DNA of 58,508 nucleotides, taken from positions 1 to 58,508 of the forward strand of contig JAJYFR010000006.1 of NCBI GenBank assembly GCA_021785355.1, given 5' to 3'. Below are positions 1 through 9,296 of this stretch, in pieces. Each line of letters starts with the position of its first letter. Position 1 is the stretch's first letter. The stretch is from a bacterium (GTDB taxonomy: Bacteria; Patescibacteriota; Dojkabacteria; JAKAPS01; JAJZLI01). The notes under the pieces were generated by a model. That model saw nothing but the letters and a program-made list of their open reading frames with translations. It ran no database searches and had not been told where the DNA came from. The translations under genes and the position numbers were made by a program.

Positions 1-688
1 ATGTTATATTGTTATTACAGCTAAAAAAACATATATCTCCACTACCTCCTCCTCCATTCAATGTTAATACATTAGAACCTGTTGCATTTATCTGAGGATT
101 CGTCCCTGATAACGTTATATCTCCACTACCATTCGTTACTACTACCTGACTTGCTCCCGTACTCTGTGATGGCGCAAATCCTTGCAATAACGCTGAATTC
201 ATCGCATACGCTACCTGATCTATACTCTGCAGTGGGGTCATCTGGCCATCCCATGCACTTCCGTTATATACATTCACTCCTAAATAGTAATTAGATGATC
301 CTTCAAATAAACTCCCAGTTAATGAAGAATACTCCCCTAACTGCGCATTAAATACTCCATTACTTATCTCATTAGAGGGACTATTCGTATTCGAAAAATA
401 TTGTACCTCTCCCCACACCGCTCCATTCAATGTTCCACTACTCGTCCCTGCACTACTCATCCCTCCTACCGTAGGTGTTGCTCCTGGTGTACACGATGTG
501 GCTGTACTACTCGTATATATACAAAATGCTACATAGTAATTCCCCGTTAATAAATTACCCGCTGAATTCTCTAGTCTCCCTTGATAATTTAATAACGATT
601 GCGGTGATGCTAATACACTTCCTGCACTCAGAAGTATACTCACCAATATTCCTACTAACATTATAAGGATTGTCGCGATTCTTCTCAT
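1..688 (-). CDS. Secreted/surface protein, N-terminal part (runs off the window; not in ORF track)
   Basis: Manual translation from ATG at 688: MRRIATILIMLVGILVSILLSAGSVLASPQSLLNYQGRLENSAGNLLTG...NGVFNAQLG...MTPLQSIDQVAYAMNSALLQG. Signal peptide plus NYQGRL motif typical of large CPR surface proteins; frame open to base 1. Confidence 0.85.
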   Translation of the reverse strand, partial: MRRIATILIMLVGILVSILLSAGSVLASPQSLLNYQGRLENSAGNLLTGNYYVAFCIYTSSTATSCTPGATPTVGGMSSAGTSSGTLNGAVWGEVQYFSNTNSPSNEISNGVFNAQLGEYSSLTGSLFEGSSNYYLGVNVYNGSAWDGQMTPLQSIDQVAYAMNSALLQGFAPSQSTGASQVVVTNGSGDITLSGTNPQINATGSNVLTLNGGGGSGDICFFSCNNNIT

Positions 689-780
689 CTTTTATTTAAA
701 TATTATACATTATATATTATGAGATTTTACGGACCTTGTCAATTATCCGTTGACCTTTATTTACAAGATTTTTCTGTAGT

Positions 781-1692
781 TTAATAATGGTATGCTAGAC
801 CTGCTACAGTTATAGCATTATCACCACATAAAGATATAGCAGGAAAATAAAATTTAAAATTTTCATGTTTATAAAATTCTTCTCTAATTCTTAAATTTGC
901 AGCAGCACCTCCGGATAAAGTTATAGTATTTAATTTATATTCTTTAGCTGCTTTTATTGTTTTTTTTACTAATACTTCTGCTACAGCTGCCTCAAAACTA
1001 GCTAAAATATCTTCTTTAGATACATCTTTATTTGAATCTATAAATCTTTTTACAGCTGTTTTTATTCCAGAGAAGGAAAAATTATAATCATTTGAATGAA
1101 TCATTGGTCTAGGAAAATTCACAGCTTTCTCATTTCCTTCTAGTGCTAATTTAGAAACTATTGGACCACCTGGGTATCCTAAGCCAAACATACGAGCAAC
1201 TTTATCAAAAGCTTCTCCACACGCATCATCTAGAGTTGTTCCTATTACTTCCATTTCTATAGGAGACATCACTTTTATAATTTGAGTATGACCACCAGAT
1301 ATCAGTAAAGAAAGATGAGGAAATTCTATATCTGGATGCTCAAGTATATTCGCATATACATGAGAATAAAGATGATTTATATCTATAACCTCTAAACCTT
1401 TAGCTCTAGCAAAACCATATGTAAAACTTACACCTACTAATAAAGAAGGAATTAGACCAGGATTAGTGGTAACTGCTAATTTATCAATTTTTACATCAGG
1501 AAATCTTTTTAAAAGATCGTCTACTAATAAAGGAAGAATTTCTATATGCATACGAGAAGCTTTTTCAGGTATAACTCCTCCCGCAGAAGAATGCATTTGA
1601 GAAGAAATAGATGAGCCTATAACTTCTGTACCATTCTTTACCAAAGCAACAGCACTATCATCACAAGATGTTTCAATTCCTAAAATTATCAT
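781..1692 (-). CDS. tsaD: tRNA N6-threonylcarbamoyladenosine transferase TsaD
   Basis: ILGIETSCDD, LLISGGHT, DDACGEAFDKVAR, GYPGGP, FSFSGIKT motifs. Confidence 0.97.
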   Translation of the reverse strand: MIILGIETSCDDSAVALVKNGTEVIGSSISSQMHSSAGGVIPEKASRMHIEILPLLVDDLLKRFPDVKIDKLAVTTNPGLIPSLLVGVSFTYGFARAKGLEVIDINHLYSHVYANILEHPDIEFPHLSLLISGGHTQIIKVMSPIEMEVIGTTLDDACGEAFDKVARMFGLGYPGGPIVSKLALEGNEKAVNFPRPMIHSNDYNFSFSGIKTAVKRFIDSNKDVSKEDILASFEAAVAEVLVKKTIKAAKEYKLNTITLSGGAAANLRIREEFYKHENFKFYFPAISLCGDNAITVAGLAYHY

Positions 1693-2159
1693 ATTTCTGA
1701 TACATATAAAGGTAAAACTTTCAAAGGATCATCAAAAATTTTTCTCTCTATTCTATCTAAAACTAAATCTAAAAATTTATCATAATTAATAGAATCTCTT
1801 GCCTCTCCTTTTTCAATTTTATAACCTTTCTCATCTTTTAAATAAACTTTACCTCTACCTGCATTAATAATTAATTTTTTTCCTTCTTTTTCTAAAACTT
1901 CAAATCCACTTATAGCAATTAATGGGATCTTTGAAGCATAGCAAAAACCTTTAATATATGAGAGTCCCACCTTTGTTCTTGTAAAAGAACCTGGGCCTTT
2001 ATTTATAGCTATATATTGAATATCTTTATGAGAAGAAAAGATATTATCTAATAAAGAAAAAAGATTTTTATCTTCAAATTCAAAACTCTCAATTTTTTTA
2101 TTTTCAGCTATAAAAACTTTTAAAACTTCAGTTGTACTATCTATAATTAGTATCTTCAT
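1689..2159 (-). CDS. tsaB: t6A biosynthesis protein TsaB
   Basis: ILIIDS start, GPGSFT motif; lies between tsaE and tsaD. Confidence 0.88.
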   Translation of the reverse strand: MKILIIDSTTEVLKVFIAENKKIESFEFEDKNLFSLLDNIFSSHKDIQYIAINKGPGSFTRTKVGLSYIKGFCYASKIPLIAISGFEVLEKEGKKLIINAGRGKVYLKDEKGYKIEKGEARDSINYDKFLDLVLDRIERKIFDDPLKVLPLYVSEI

Positions 2160-2578
2160 CTTTCTATATTAATATATCTTACTCCATTTTTTATCATAAA
2201 ATTGATTTTTATAATATTAAAACCATTTAGTATATCCAAAAATTTATCTGCCCATTCTATTATAACAAGACCTTCCCCCAGTACATCAAAAAAATCTATA
2301 TTTACAAGATCTTCCTTACTATCCATTCTATACCAATCAAAATGATAAACTGGACCTTTTAAAGATTCATAATCTGATCTGAGTACAAATGTAGGAGAAG
2401 TAACATTATCTAAAACCCCTAATTCTTCCAATAAAAATTTAGTGAAGGTTGTTTTTCCAGCACCCAGATCTCCTATCAGACAAATTATTTCATTACCTTT
2501 TAAAGTTTTTGAAAATTCACTGGCGATTTTCTTTGTATCTTTAAGATTATCTATCTTTATCATTCTAATAAAATTCAA
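2156..2578 (-). CDS. tsaE: t6A biosynthesis ATPase TsaE (likely start ATG at 2563)
   Basis: GDLGAGKTTF, VTSPTF, YHFDWYR, IIEWA motifs. Confidence 0.96.
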   Translation of the reverse strand: MNFIRMIKIDNLKDTKKIASEFSKTLKGNEIICLIGDLGAGKTTFTKFLLEELGVLDNVTSPTFVLRSDYESLKGPVYHFDWYRMDSKEDLVNIDFFDVLGEGLVIIEWADKFLDILNGFNIIKINFMIKNGVRYINIER

Positions 2579-2777
2579 TTGACTACATTATAGAATATAT
2601 CCTTAATTTTTTATAATTTTGTTTTTTGATAATATTTAAAACTGTAAAAAATAGATAAGATAACAATTAATACCAGAGATATTATATCCCTCTAACTGAT
2701 CACCATGTTCTGACATCCGAATATTACAATATTAACAAAAATATTTTATTAATTATATAACGATACTCCTATATAAA

Positions 2778-3956
2778 TTATCTTTGTTCTAAAAAATTTT
2801 CTAACTCAAAAATATTTTTTATAACGACCTTTTCTTTTATATTATAATTATCAAACAATTCTTTTTGTTTTCCTTCTATATCTCTTCCATATTTTACTTC
2901 TATTAGAATTTTATTTCGTATAATAAAATCTATTTCATTCCTATTTATATACAGATATTTAGGATCTTCCATTTTGAGTTTTAGATAGACATAATTTTCA
3001 AATAAACTACCAATATCTCTAACTCCAGTGGAAAAAGTTCTTATTCCTATATCTGATGCATATATTTTTTTTGCAGCCTTTATAGTTTCATTTGTTTTTC
3101 CAAACCTAGAAACAGTATATATTAAATATGAGTCTTCAAACATTTTTAAATATCTATTTGATGTATCTGGAGATATACCCAAAATACGTGCAATTTTATT
3201 TATACTTACAACTTTTCCAGATCTTTCCATTAAAAGTGTAAAATAATTTTGTACTGTACTTATATCTTTTATATCATATTGAGCCACAATATCTTTACGA
3301 AGAATATCATCAACAACTTCTTTTAAATAAGCCACATCATTATGCAGAACATATTCAGGAATTCCTCCAATATTTAAATAGTCTTCAAAATATTTTTGTT
3401 TTAATAAATTATCTTCGGGAAGAATTGTAATATTCTTAAATTGCAAATATTCTTCAAAATCAAGAGGTAGTATCTCTACTAACTTATACCTTCCTGTTAA
3501 ATATGGTTTTTTACTTCTCAGTAATGATGCACTAGAACTAGATGCTACAATCTTTACATATCCAGTATCATATAAATTTTTTAGTTGTATTTCAAAATCA
3601 TCTTTAAAGGTTACTTCATCTAAAAAAACATATATTTGATTTCTGAAAGGTAATTTTTGTATTTTTCTATATTCTTCTATAATTTCTAAAATATTTAAAC
3701 TATTTAGATGATAATCATCTAAACTTATATAAAATATATTTTTACAATTTACCTTTTTTTCATCAATAAGATATTGTATTAATATCTTCATTAATGTTGT
3801 TTTACCTATTCTTCGTAGTCCTGTTAAAAAAAGAATATCATGAATTTCAATATCAATTTTTAATGAATTTAAAATATGATCTCTTAAAATGATTTCACTT
3901 GAAATTGAATATGTTTCACTCCACCAAGGGTTATATCTATAAAATATATTTTCCAT
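2778..3956 (-). CDS. AAA-family ATPase (AAA_14 + DUF4143 type), intact
   Basis: YNPWW, GLRRIGKTT, FLDEV, SSSASLL, LTGR, GGIPE, KKIYASDIG, FENYV, EIDF...IEVK. Confidence 0.92.
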   Translation of the reverse strand: MENIFYRYNPWWSETYSISSEIILRDHILNSLKIDIEIHDILFLTGLRRIGKTTLMKILIQYLIDEKKVNCKNIFYISLDDYHLNSLNILEIIEEYRKIQKLPFRNQIYVFLDEVTFKDDFEIQLKNLYDTGYVKIVASSSSASLLRSKKPYLTGRYKLVEILPLDFEEYLQFKNITILPEDNLLKQKYFEDYLNIGGIPEYVLHNDVAYLKEVVDDILRKDIVAQYDIKDISTVQNYFTLLMERSGKVVSINKIARILGISPDTSNRYLKMFEDSYLIYTVSRFGKTNETIKAAKKIYASDIGIRTFSTGVRDIGSLFENYVYLKLKMEDPKYLYINRNEIDFIIRNKILIEVKYGRDIEGKQKELFDNYNIKEKVVIKNIFELENFLEQR

Positions 3957-4003
3957 TATTTTTATATATTATATGACATTATACTACTATATCGTATAGT
4001 ATG

Positions 4004-4040
4004 TCAATATTCTATACGATGGCATCGTATAGAATATTGA
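4004..4040. promoter_or_regulatory. Perfect palindrome upstream of the AAA ATPase (putative operator)
   Basis: TCAATATTCTATACGATG-G-CATCGTATAGAATATTGA, 18-bp arms. Confidence 0.6.
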
Positions 4041-4048
4041 ATGGATCA

Positions 4049-4087
4049 GGAATTTCAAATACTACACTTTACTCAACAATAAAACGT
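4049..4087 (-). pseudogene. Relic of a RelB/DinJ-like antitoxin paralog
   Basis: 39-bp diverged copy of 4632-4670, which lies inside the antitoxin 4505-4786. Confidence 0.6.
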
Positions 4088-4200
4088 CTTTAGCCATTCC
4101 ATTACTTTCTCAATACTTCCTCTCATCCGTTTATGCTCTCTAGTAAACACAAATCTGGGACCTCTTTTTCTGCTTTTATCTAATTTCTTCATCTCTATTC
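4082..4200 (-). pseudogene. IS5-family transposase fragment (inverted copy of about 4985-5103)
   Basis: Reverse complement aligns with few mismatches to the transposase remnant at 4985-5103. Confidence 0.8.
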
Positions 4201-4241
4201 TCAATCTTGATGGTTTGACAACAATAGCTATATTTAATTTC

Positions 4242-4508
4242 TTAACCATAAAGTTGGCTATGCGTACCTATTATATCAAAGATTACTTCATTTTCTCTTT
4301 GTAGATAAAGTACTCGTATATCGCCTGTTATATCAATACTACGATAATCCTTATATTTACCTTTTAATGCATGATTGCGAAATACAGGACCAAGAGGATT
4401 TTTACTAAATATATTTATTCTTTCTTGTATTTTTTTACGTAATTCTGGATTTAATCTCTTTGCATACTTAATAAAATGTTTAGAGTATGATATCTGCATA
4501 ATAATCAA
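4242..4508 (-). CDS. RelE/YafQ/StbE-family mRNA interferase toxin
   Basis: ISYSKHFIK...RNHALKGKYKDYRSIDITGDIRVLY...DIIGTHSQLYG. Confidence 0.92.
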   Translation of the reverse strand: MIIMQISYSKHFIKYAKRLNPELRKKIQERINIFSKNPLGPVFRNHALKGKYKDYRSIDITGDIRVLYLQRENEVIFDIIGTHSQLYG

Positions 4509-4786
4509 TTTAGTTCATCAGAGAGAAAATCTAAAGATTTTTTTATATCATCAAATTTATAATAGTCCTCTGATTCTATTTGTTTTTTTGAAATAGATAT
4601 TTGTCTTGCTGTTTTAGCATTAGGAACTTCTGGAATTTCAAATACCACGCTTTGTTCTGCAATAAAACGTTTTAATTCATTATTTAAAACTGAACTAACA
4701 CTAATACCCAGTCTCTTAGCAGTTATTGATGCTAACTTCTTAATTTCAGGATTTGTTTTAAGATTTATAACTGCATACTCACTCAT
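4505..4786 (-). CDS. RelB/DinJ-like antitoxin
   Basis: RHH-like N-terminus, EVPNAKT motif; overlaps the toxin start. Confidence 0.88.
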   Translation of the reverse strand: MSEYAVINLKTNPEIKKLASITAKRLGISVSSVLNNELKRFIAEQSVVFEIPEVPNAKTARQISISKKQIESEDYYKFDDIKKSLDFLSDELN

Positions 4787-4828
4787 ACCAAAAGTATATA
4801 CTTTTGGTATGTATTTGTCAAATATATA

Positions 4829-5213
4829 GAAGATGTTCAGAGTTTTGCTTGATATTGCAAAAGAGTTTTAAAATGGGGCAGAATATAAACATTATCATAA
4901 ACTGCCCTATGAGCTTATATGCAGATAAAGGGTATAAGAAGTATGAAAGGAGGAGAGAGTTAAAGAAAAGGAAAAGGCATGCAAGAATAGAGATGAAGAA
5001 ATTAGATAAAAACAGGAAAAGAGGCCCTAAATTTATCTTTACTAGTGAGCATAAACGAATGAGAGGAAGTATTGAGAAAGTAATGGCATGGCTAAAGACG
5101 TTTATGATTGTCAGACTAAGTAGAACACGTATAAAGGCATTGCTAAGTGGGATGTTCTTCTTTTGCCTTAGCTACACTACTTTTACTAGATTAAAAAAAC
5201 TTTGAACATCTTC
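4829..5213 (+). mobile_element. Internally deleted (non-autonomous) IS5-family element
   Basis: Terminal IRs GAAGATGTTCAGAGTTTT / AAAACTTTGAACATCTTC, flanking ATA direct repeat; retains only the C-terminal DDE part (YADKGY...R..IEKVMAWLK). Confidence 0.8.
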
Positions 5214-5372
5214 ATAACATGATTTCTAAAAGTAAGAATTCAGACCTCTATGAGTAGTATTAAATAGAAAAATTAAAAACTGAAATAAATATATTCTTAA
5301 TGATAACTAAATATTTTAAATTTTAATTTCATGGTTATTATTGAATCGGAATAAACTGACTCAAATGACTAT

Positions 5373-5596
5373 ATTTCATCTAAGTTAACCAAAGAATATA
5401 TATTAATCATAGGGGTGTACATTCTTCATAGCTCTTATAACATCTTTTGATTTAGATTCTTCACAAACTATTTTTCTATTTTTTCTTCTTCTACTTGCTC
5501 ATATTCACCAACTTTATCAATACATGAGGTTGCATCACTCACAATATCAAAATGGGATTCTGGAACAAAAACTAATATCTTATATATCTGTTCCAT
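5373..5596 (-). pseudogene. Degenerate YqfO/NIF3-like PII-fold small protein
   Basis: MEQIYKILVFVPESHFDIVSDA...EQVEEEKIE [frameshift] IVCEESKSKDVIRAMKNVHPYD. Confidence 0.55.
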
Positions 5597-5704
5597 TTTT
5601 CCTCATTATAAAACAATTCTTTTTGCTTAAAAATACCGACCATATGAGTTTTAGATGTTTAACAAATTCTCATACTACAAAACAAATGTGGGTGTCTCAT
5701 TACT

Positions 5705-5731
5705 TGACCTTAAGTTGCCTAAGATCGAACC
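5705..5731 (-). repeat. att-like repeat of the tRNA-Glu array (site E4)
   Basis: Minus strand GGTTC-N15-AAGGTCA; the 7-mer equals the tRNA-Glu 3' end. Confidence 0.75.
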
Positions 5732-5813
5732 ACTTTTGGTTTGGATTACAAAAATCATAAATAGCACTATATAATTTTACATATATAATCAATGGGTTCA
5801 ATTTAACTATTTA

Positions 5814-6254
5814 CTATTCCATTTTAAAATCTAAAATATATTTAACAGACGTTATTTTATTTTTTACATTATTAAACAATTTTTTATCTGCTGTAATGAA
5901 ATCATATTTCAAAAATTGTGAAAGGGTGACATAGGAGGCATCATAAAAAGATAAATCGTATTTTATTGATATGTCTAATATATCTAAATAGATTTCTTTT
6001 AAATCATAAAAAATTATTCCATAGTTATTAAAGAGATCTAAAGACTCTTTAGCTAAATTGATATCCAGTTTCTTTAATCTCACTGCTTTGGAAAATACAT
6101 TTCCAATCTCATAATTGAGTATTGCAGGGGAATGTAAATTGATTTGTCCTATATCATATAAATGTTTTAATTTTAGTGCAATATCAATATGTTCTTCTTT
6201 GGGGAATTGTAAATACCATTTAACAATAATTGAATTATCTAAAATTAAATTCAT
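5814..6254 (-). CDS. VapC/PIN-domain toxin
   Basis: LILDNSIIVKW, YEIGN, LSFYDASYV, FITADKKL. Confidence 0.92.
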   Translation of the reverse strand: MNLILDNSIIVKWYLQFPKEEHIDIALKLKHLYDIGQINLHSPAILNYEIGNVFSKAVRLKKLDINLAKESLDLFNNYGIIFYDLKEIYLDILDISIKYDLSFYDASYVTLSQFLKYDFITADKKLFNNVKNKITSVKYILDFKME

Positions 6255-6499
6255 CTCAAATCCTTTTTACTTTCTACAACAATATCAGAGAAATCTTTGA
6301 TTTTTAAGTTTTCTCTAATTTTATCTACTTTTGTGCCTATTATTAATCTTTTGCTATTATCATTTATATCTTGCATTCCTCTAAGAATCAACATATTTAT
6401 TACTTTTTGTAAAGATATTTTTTGGTTATACGCAATATCCCGTGCTTGTTTTATTAATACAGTATTTATTCTAATTGTTGTTCTTTCTGTTTTATCCAT
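6251..6499 (-). CDS. Putative VapB-type RHH antitoxin
   Basis: ERTTIRI RHH start; overlaps the PIN toxin. Confidence 0.8.
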   Translation of the reverse strand: MDKTERTTIRINTVLIKQARDIAYNQKISLQKVINMLILRGMQDINDNSKRLIIGTKVDKIRENLKIKDFSDIVVESKKDLR

Positions 6500-6621
6500 A
6501 TTATTATATTAGCATCAGAGTGACATGATGTCAAGATGTATGTTTCAGACATTTCAAACAGCACTTATATCCAAGAGTATCAATACATTCGGGATGTTTC
6601 AAGTGGGGATGCCTTGTTAAT

Positions 6622-6649
6622 TGGGCTTAAGTTGCCTCAGAATAGAACC
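6622..6649 (-). repeat. att-like repeat of the tRNA-Glu array (site E3, degenerate)
   Basis: GGTTC-N16-AAGCCCA; flanked by CAATACATTCGGGATGTTTC, also found next to the tRNA. Confidence 0.7.
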
Positions 6650-6732
6650 TACTTTTGATTTGGGTTAATAAAAGTATAGGAGCTATTTGCACCTAATTAT
6701 TAGGTTAAATATCTTATAATGGCTCTAGTACG

Positions 6733-7158
6733 TCAGCTATTTTCTTTTATTTCTGTAATAGAGAGAGGTAAACAATAATGATCTGTAAACCTTCCAGCTT
6801 GTGTATCAAATTCCTTACCTTTTTGTTTAAGTTCACTACTTCCTGTAGCAATCACTTTAATTTTAAATTCATCATATAGAATTTTAAGTACAACAGTAGC
6901 CTGAGGATGATTCTGTACTTCATCAATAAGAATAATCTTGTGTGTAGCAACAATTTTCTCTAATAAGGATCTATCTGGAACAAATTTTTCATAATCTGAT
7001 GAAAAATCAAAATTAAAAATAGGAACACCAAGTTTTTCAGAAATTTGTTTTAACAACGTTGTTTTCCCAGAACGTCTTGGCCCCCAAATATAGAATGTTT
7101 TATAATCTTTTCCTTGTAAATAGATTTCTATTTCATTCTCAATCAATCTTTTTAACAT
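6733..7158 (-). pseudogene. Truncated AAA_14 ATPase (N-terminal domain only)
   Basis: GPRRSGKTT, IDEVQ, ATGSS, AGR; ends at 141 aa without the C-terminal domain. Confidence 0.8.
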
Positions 7159-7291
7159 AATATTATTAGATCATATTACTATTAAAATGTAAGCTATCAC
7201 TTTGCAAATTAATATTAATATGTAAAGTACAATTAAGATATATCTTAAACTAATAGCTTAACAGTCTAATTTAGTAAAAAATATCCTATGG

Positions 7292-7354
7292 TGACCTTGG
7301 CATGCCTCAGGCAGAACCGCTTTTAGTCTGGATTGTGAAATTAGTGAAAGTATA
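7292..7354 (-). repeat. att-like repeat of the tRNA-Glu array (site E2)
   Basis: 63 bp, one mismatch to 8253-8315; begins with TGACCTTGGC, the complement of the tRNA-Glu 3' end. Confidence 0.9.
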
Positions 7355-7390
7355 CTGAAAAGTCTATTAACAATAATAGAATAATAATTA

Positions 7391-7666
7391 TTAATAAACT
7401 TGATTATGAGTACCTATATCAATAAAAATGAAAATTATATTCTTTTCCTCTTCAAAATATATAACCCTACAATCACCAGCTATAGAGAATACTCTATATT
7501 TCTTCATTTTACCTTCAAGCTGATGATCTCTCAAAACTGGATTAGATTTATCTTCTATAAATAATTCTAATCTTTCTTTATATCTTTTTCTTAAAATATT
7601 ATTATTTTCAATCCTTTTCTTATAATGTTTAACAAATTTCCTATCTAACCTTATTTCTTTATCCAT
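7391..7666 (-). CDS. YafQ/RelE-family mRNA interferase toxin
   Basis: KFVKHYKK...LRDHQLEGKMKKYRVFSIAGDCRVIY...DIGTHNQVY. Confidence 0.92.
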   Translation of the reverse strand: MDKEIRLDRKFVKHYKKRIENNNILRKRYKERLELFIEDKSNPVLRDHQLEGKMKKYRVFSIAGDCRVIYFEEEKNIIFIFIDIGTHNQVY

Positions 7667-7675
7667 TTTGAAATC

Positions 7676-7993
7676 TTAATCATCTTTAACTTGATCTACA
7701 AGTTTATCTAGTTCCTCTGCAGAATGAATTGTATATGCATTACCTCTCTTTATAGCCTCTTTAGTTTCTTTTAGCCTTTTGTCTAAAAATTGTTCATATT
7801 CTTCACTAATATGCTCAACTGTATCCTCAACCATAAAAGAAGTTTTAATCCTACCTTCAGAAAAACTCATTAAAAAAACTCTAACAACTTCTTGTATAGA
7901 ACTATATCCGTAATCTTCAGCAACTTTCTCTGCCTTCTTTTTTAAAGACATTTTCATAGGAATTTGTATTTTTGTATAATCTGTAGTACTCAT
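7676..7993 (-). CDS. RelB-like antitoxin
   Basis: TKIQIPM...LKKKAEKVAEDYGYSSIQEVVRVFL; immediately upstream of the toxin. Confidence 0.82.
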   Translation of the reverse strand: MSTTDYTKIQIPMKMSLKKKAEKVAEDYGYSSIQEVVRVFLMSFSEGRIKTSFMVEDTVEHISEEYEQFLDKRLKETKEAIKRGNAYTIHSAEELDKLVDQVKDD

Positions 7994-8081
7994 GACTTTT
8001 TTATTATTAATGATATTATTATACTCTTTTAATACGAAGCATACAAGGCTGTCTATAGTACCTATACATTACCAATCTCAT

Positions 8082-8168
8082 ATACAGTATTTATTCTAAT
8101 TGTTGTTCTTTCTGTTTTATCCATATTATTATATTAGCATCAGAGTGACATGATGTTAGATGTATGTT
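8082..8168 (-). repeat. Duplicate of the antitoxin 5' end and promoter (6457-6544)
   Basis: 75 bp identical (6457-6531 vs 8082-8156); similarity continues toward the att-like site. Confidence 0.9.
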
Positions 8169-8252
8169 ACTAAATCAAGCATTTCAATCCGCATTTTTAG
8201 CCTATTATATCAATACATTCGGGATATTTCTGTAGTGGGGTGTCGCATCACT

Positions 8253-8315
8253 TGACCTTGGCGTGCCTCAGGCAGAACCGCTTTTAGTCTGGATTGTGAA
8301 ATTAGTGAAAGTATA
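8253..8315 (-). repeat. att-like repeat of the tRNA-Glu array (site E1)
   Basis: TGACCTTGGCG core shared with tRNA-Glu; left flank 8211-8252 similar to 9115-9156. Confidence 0.9.
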
Positions 8316-8414
8316 TAAGCTTTAAATAACTATTAATGTAGCAATAAAAATCTACTTTATGGTACTTGCCGTCAAACAGTTGTAATATTGACAGCAAAGT
8401 GTTAGTATGTTTGT

Positions 8415-8666
8415 ATGGATGAAGAAGTAAAAACAACAATTAGATTACCTAGATATTTGATTAAAGAGTATAAAAACTTTGCAAAGAATACACATACTAG
8501 TATGAATAGTTCTATTGAGACAGCCTTGAAGTATTTCTTATCTAAAGAGATAACTGTACAAATAAGTGTACTCAATAACAATATTAAAAAAATTAAAATT
8601 CCAACTTTTAGTATGGGTAATATAAAAAGAATAGACAGAAAGAGTATTTATGAAGATATTGTTTGA
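8415..8666 (+). CDS. Putative RHH antitoxin (VapB-like)
   Basis: VKTTIRLP start, IDRKSIYED end; overlaps the PIN gene. Confidence 0.82.
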   Translation: MDEEVKTTIRLPRYLIKEYKNFAKNTHTSMNSSIETALKYFLSKEITVQISVLNNNIKKIKIPTFSMGNIKRIDRKSIYEDIV

Positions 8667-9075
8667 TACAAATATATTAGTTTATGCACATAACGCAGAT
8701 TCCCCATTTAATCAAAAAGCATTAGAGTTATATAACACAACGGAAAATATATGCACCACCCAGCAAAATCTTTTAGAGTTCTACTCTGTGATTACCAATG
8801 ATAAAAGAGTAGAGAAACCTGTGACTGATATGAAAGCACAGTCTTTATTAAAATTTTACTCTGATTCGCAAAAATTTAATATCATATCTCCTAATATAAA
8901 TACTATAAAAATATTAAATGAATTAGCCACTCAGTATAGATTTAAGGGTGTTGAAATTTTTGACATATATATTGTTGCTACTATGATTTCTAATGATATT
9001 TCAATAATATATACTGCAGATACAAAAATCTTTAAGAAATTTCAATCAATAACAGTACTAAACCCATTTATCTGA
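8650..9075 (+). CDS. VapC/PIN-domain toxin
   Basis: ILFDTNILVYA, LLEFYSVIT, IFDIYIVATM, IYTADTKIF. Confidence 0.92.
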   Translation: MKILFDTNILVYAHNADSPFNQKALELYNTTENICTTQQNLLEFYSVITNDKRVEKPVTDMKAQSLLKFYSDSQKFNIISPNINTIKILNELATQYRFKGVEIFDIYIVATMISNDISIIYTADTKIFKKFQSITVLNPFI

Positions 9076-9156
9076 ATATAAAGTATCTGTCATATGTAAT
9101 CTACATAGGCATTTCAATACATTCGGGATGTTTCTGTGGTGGGGTGTCGCGTTAAT

Positions 9157-9230
9157 TGACCTTGGCGGGATTTGAACCCGCGATTTTCAGGATGAGAACC
9201 TGGTGTCCTAGACCACTAGACGACAAGGCC
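9157..9230 (-). tRNA. tRNA-Glu(CTC)
   Basis: GGCCTTG...CAAGGTC acceptor stem, D-loop TAGTGGTCTAGGAC, anticodon loop TTCTCAT, T-arm GGTTCAAATCC; no encoded CCA. Confidence 0.95.
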
Positions 9231-9296
9231 ATAACAATAAAGAATTATATCATAAAATAAATTTACTTTTGTTATTTTTTTTAGTAACATAAACTC

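Noticed and set aside
82-666. Plus-strand ORFs 82-294 and 475-666
   Set aside because: Shadows of the real minus-strand surface-protein gene.
2707-2735. GTTCTGACATC, similar to sites Q3/Q4
   Set aside because: No tRNA-like 7-mer at the +15 position and no adjacent tRNA-Gln; probably chance.
5524-5760. 78-aa ORF
   Set aside because: It spans a pseudogene antisense and an att-like repeat; not a credible gene.
5705-9230. Repeats interpreted as a CRISPR array or integron attC sites
   Set aside because: Spacing is 0.7-1 kb with whole genes between repeats; there are no cas or intI genes and no RYYYAAC...GTTRRRY attC structure; the cores match the tRNA 3' end instead.
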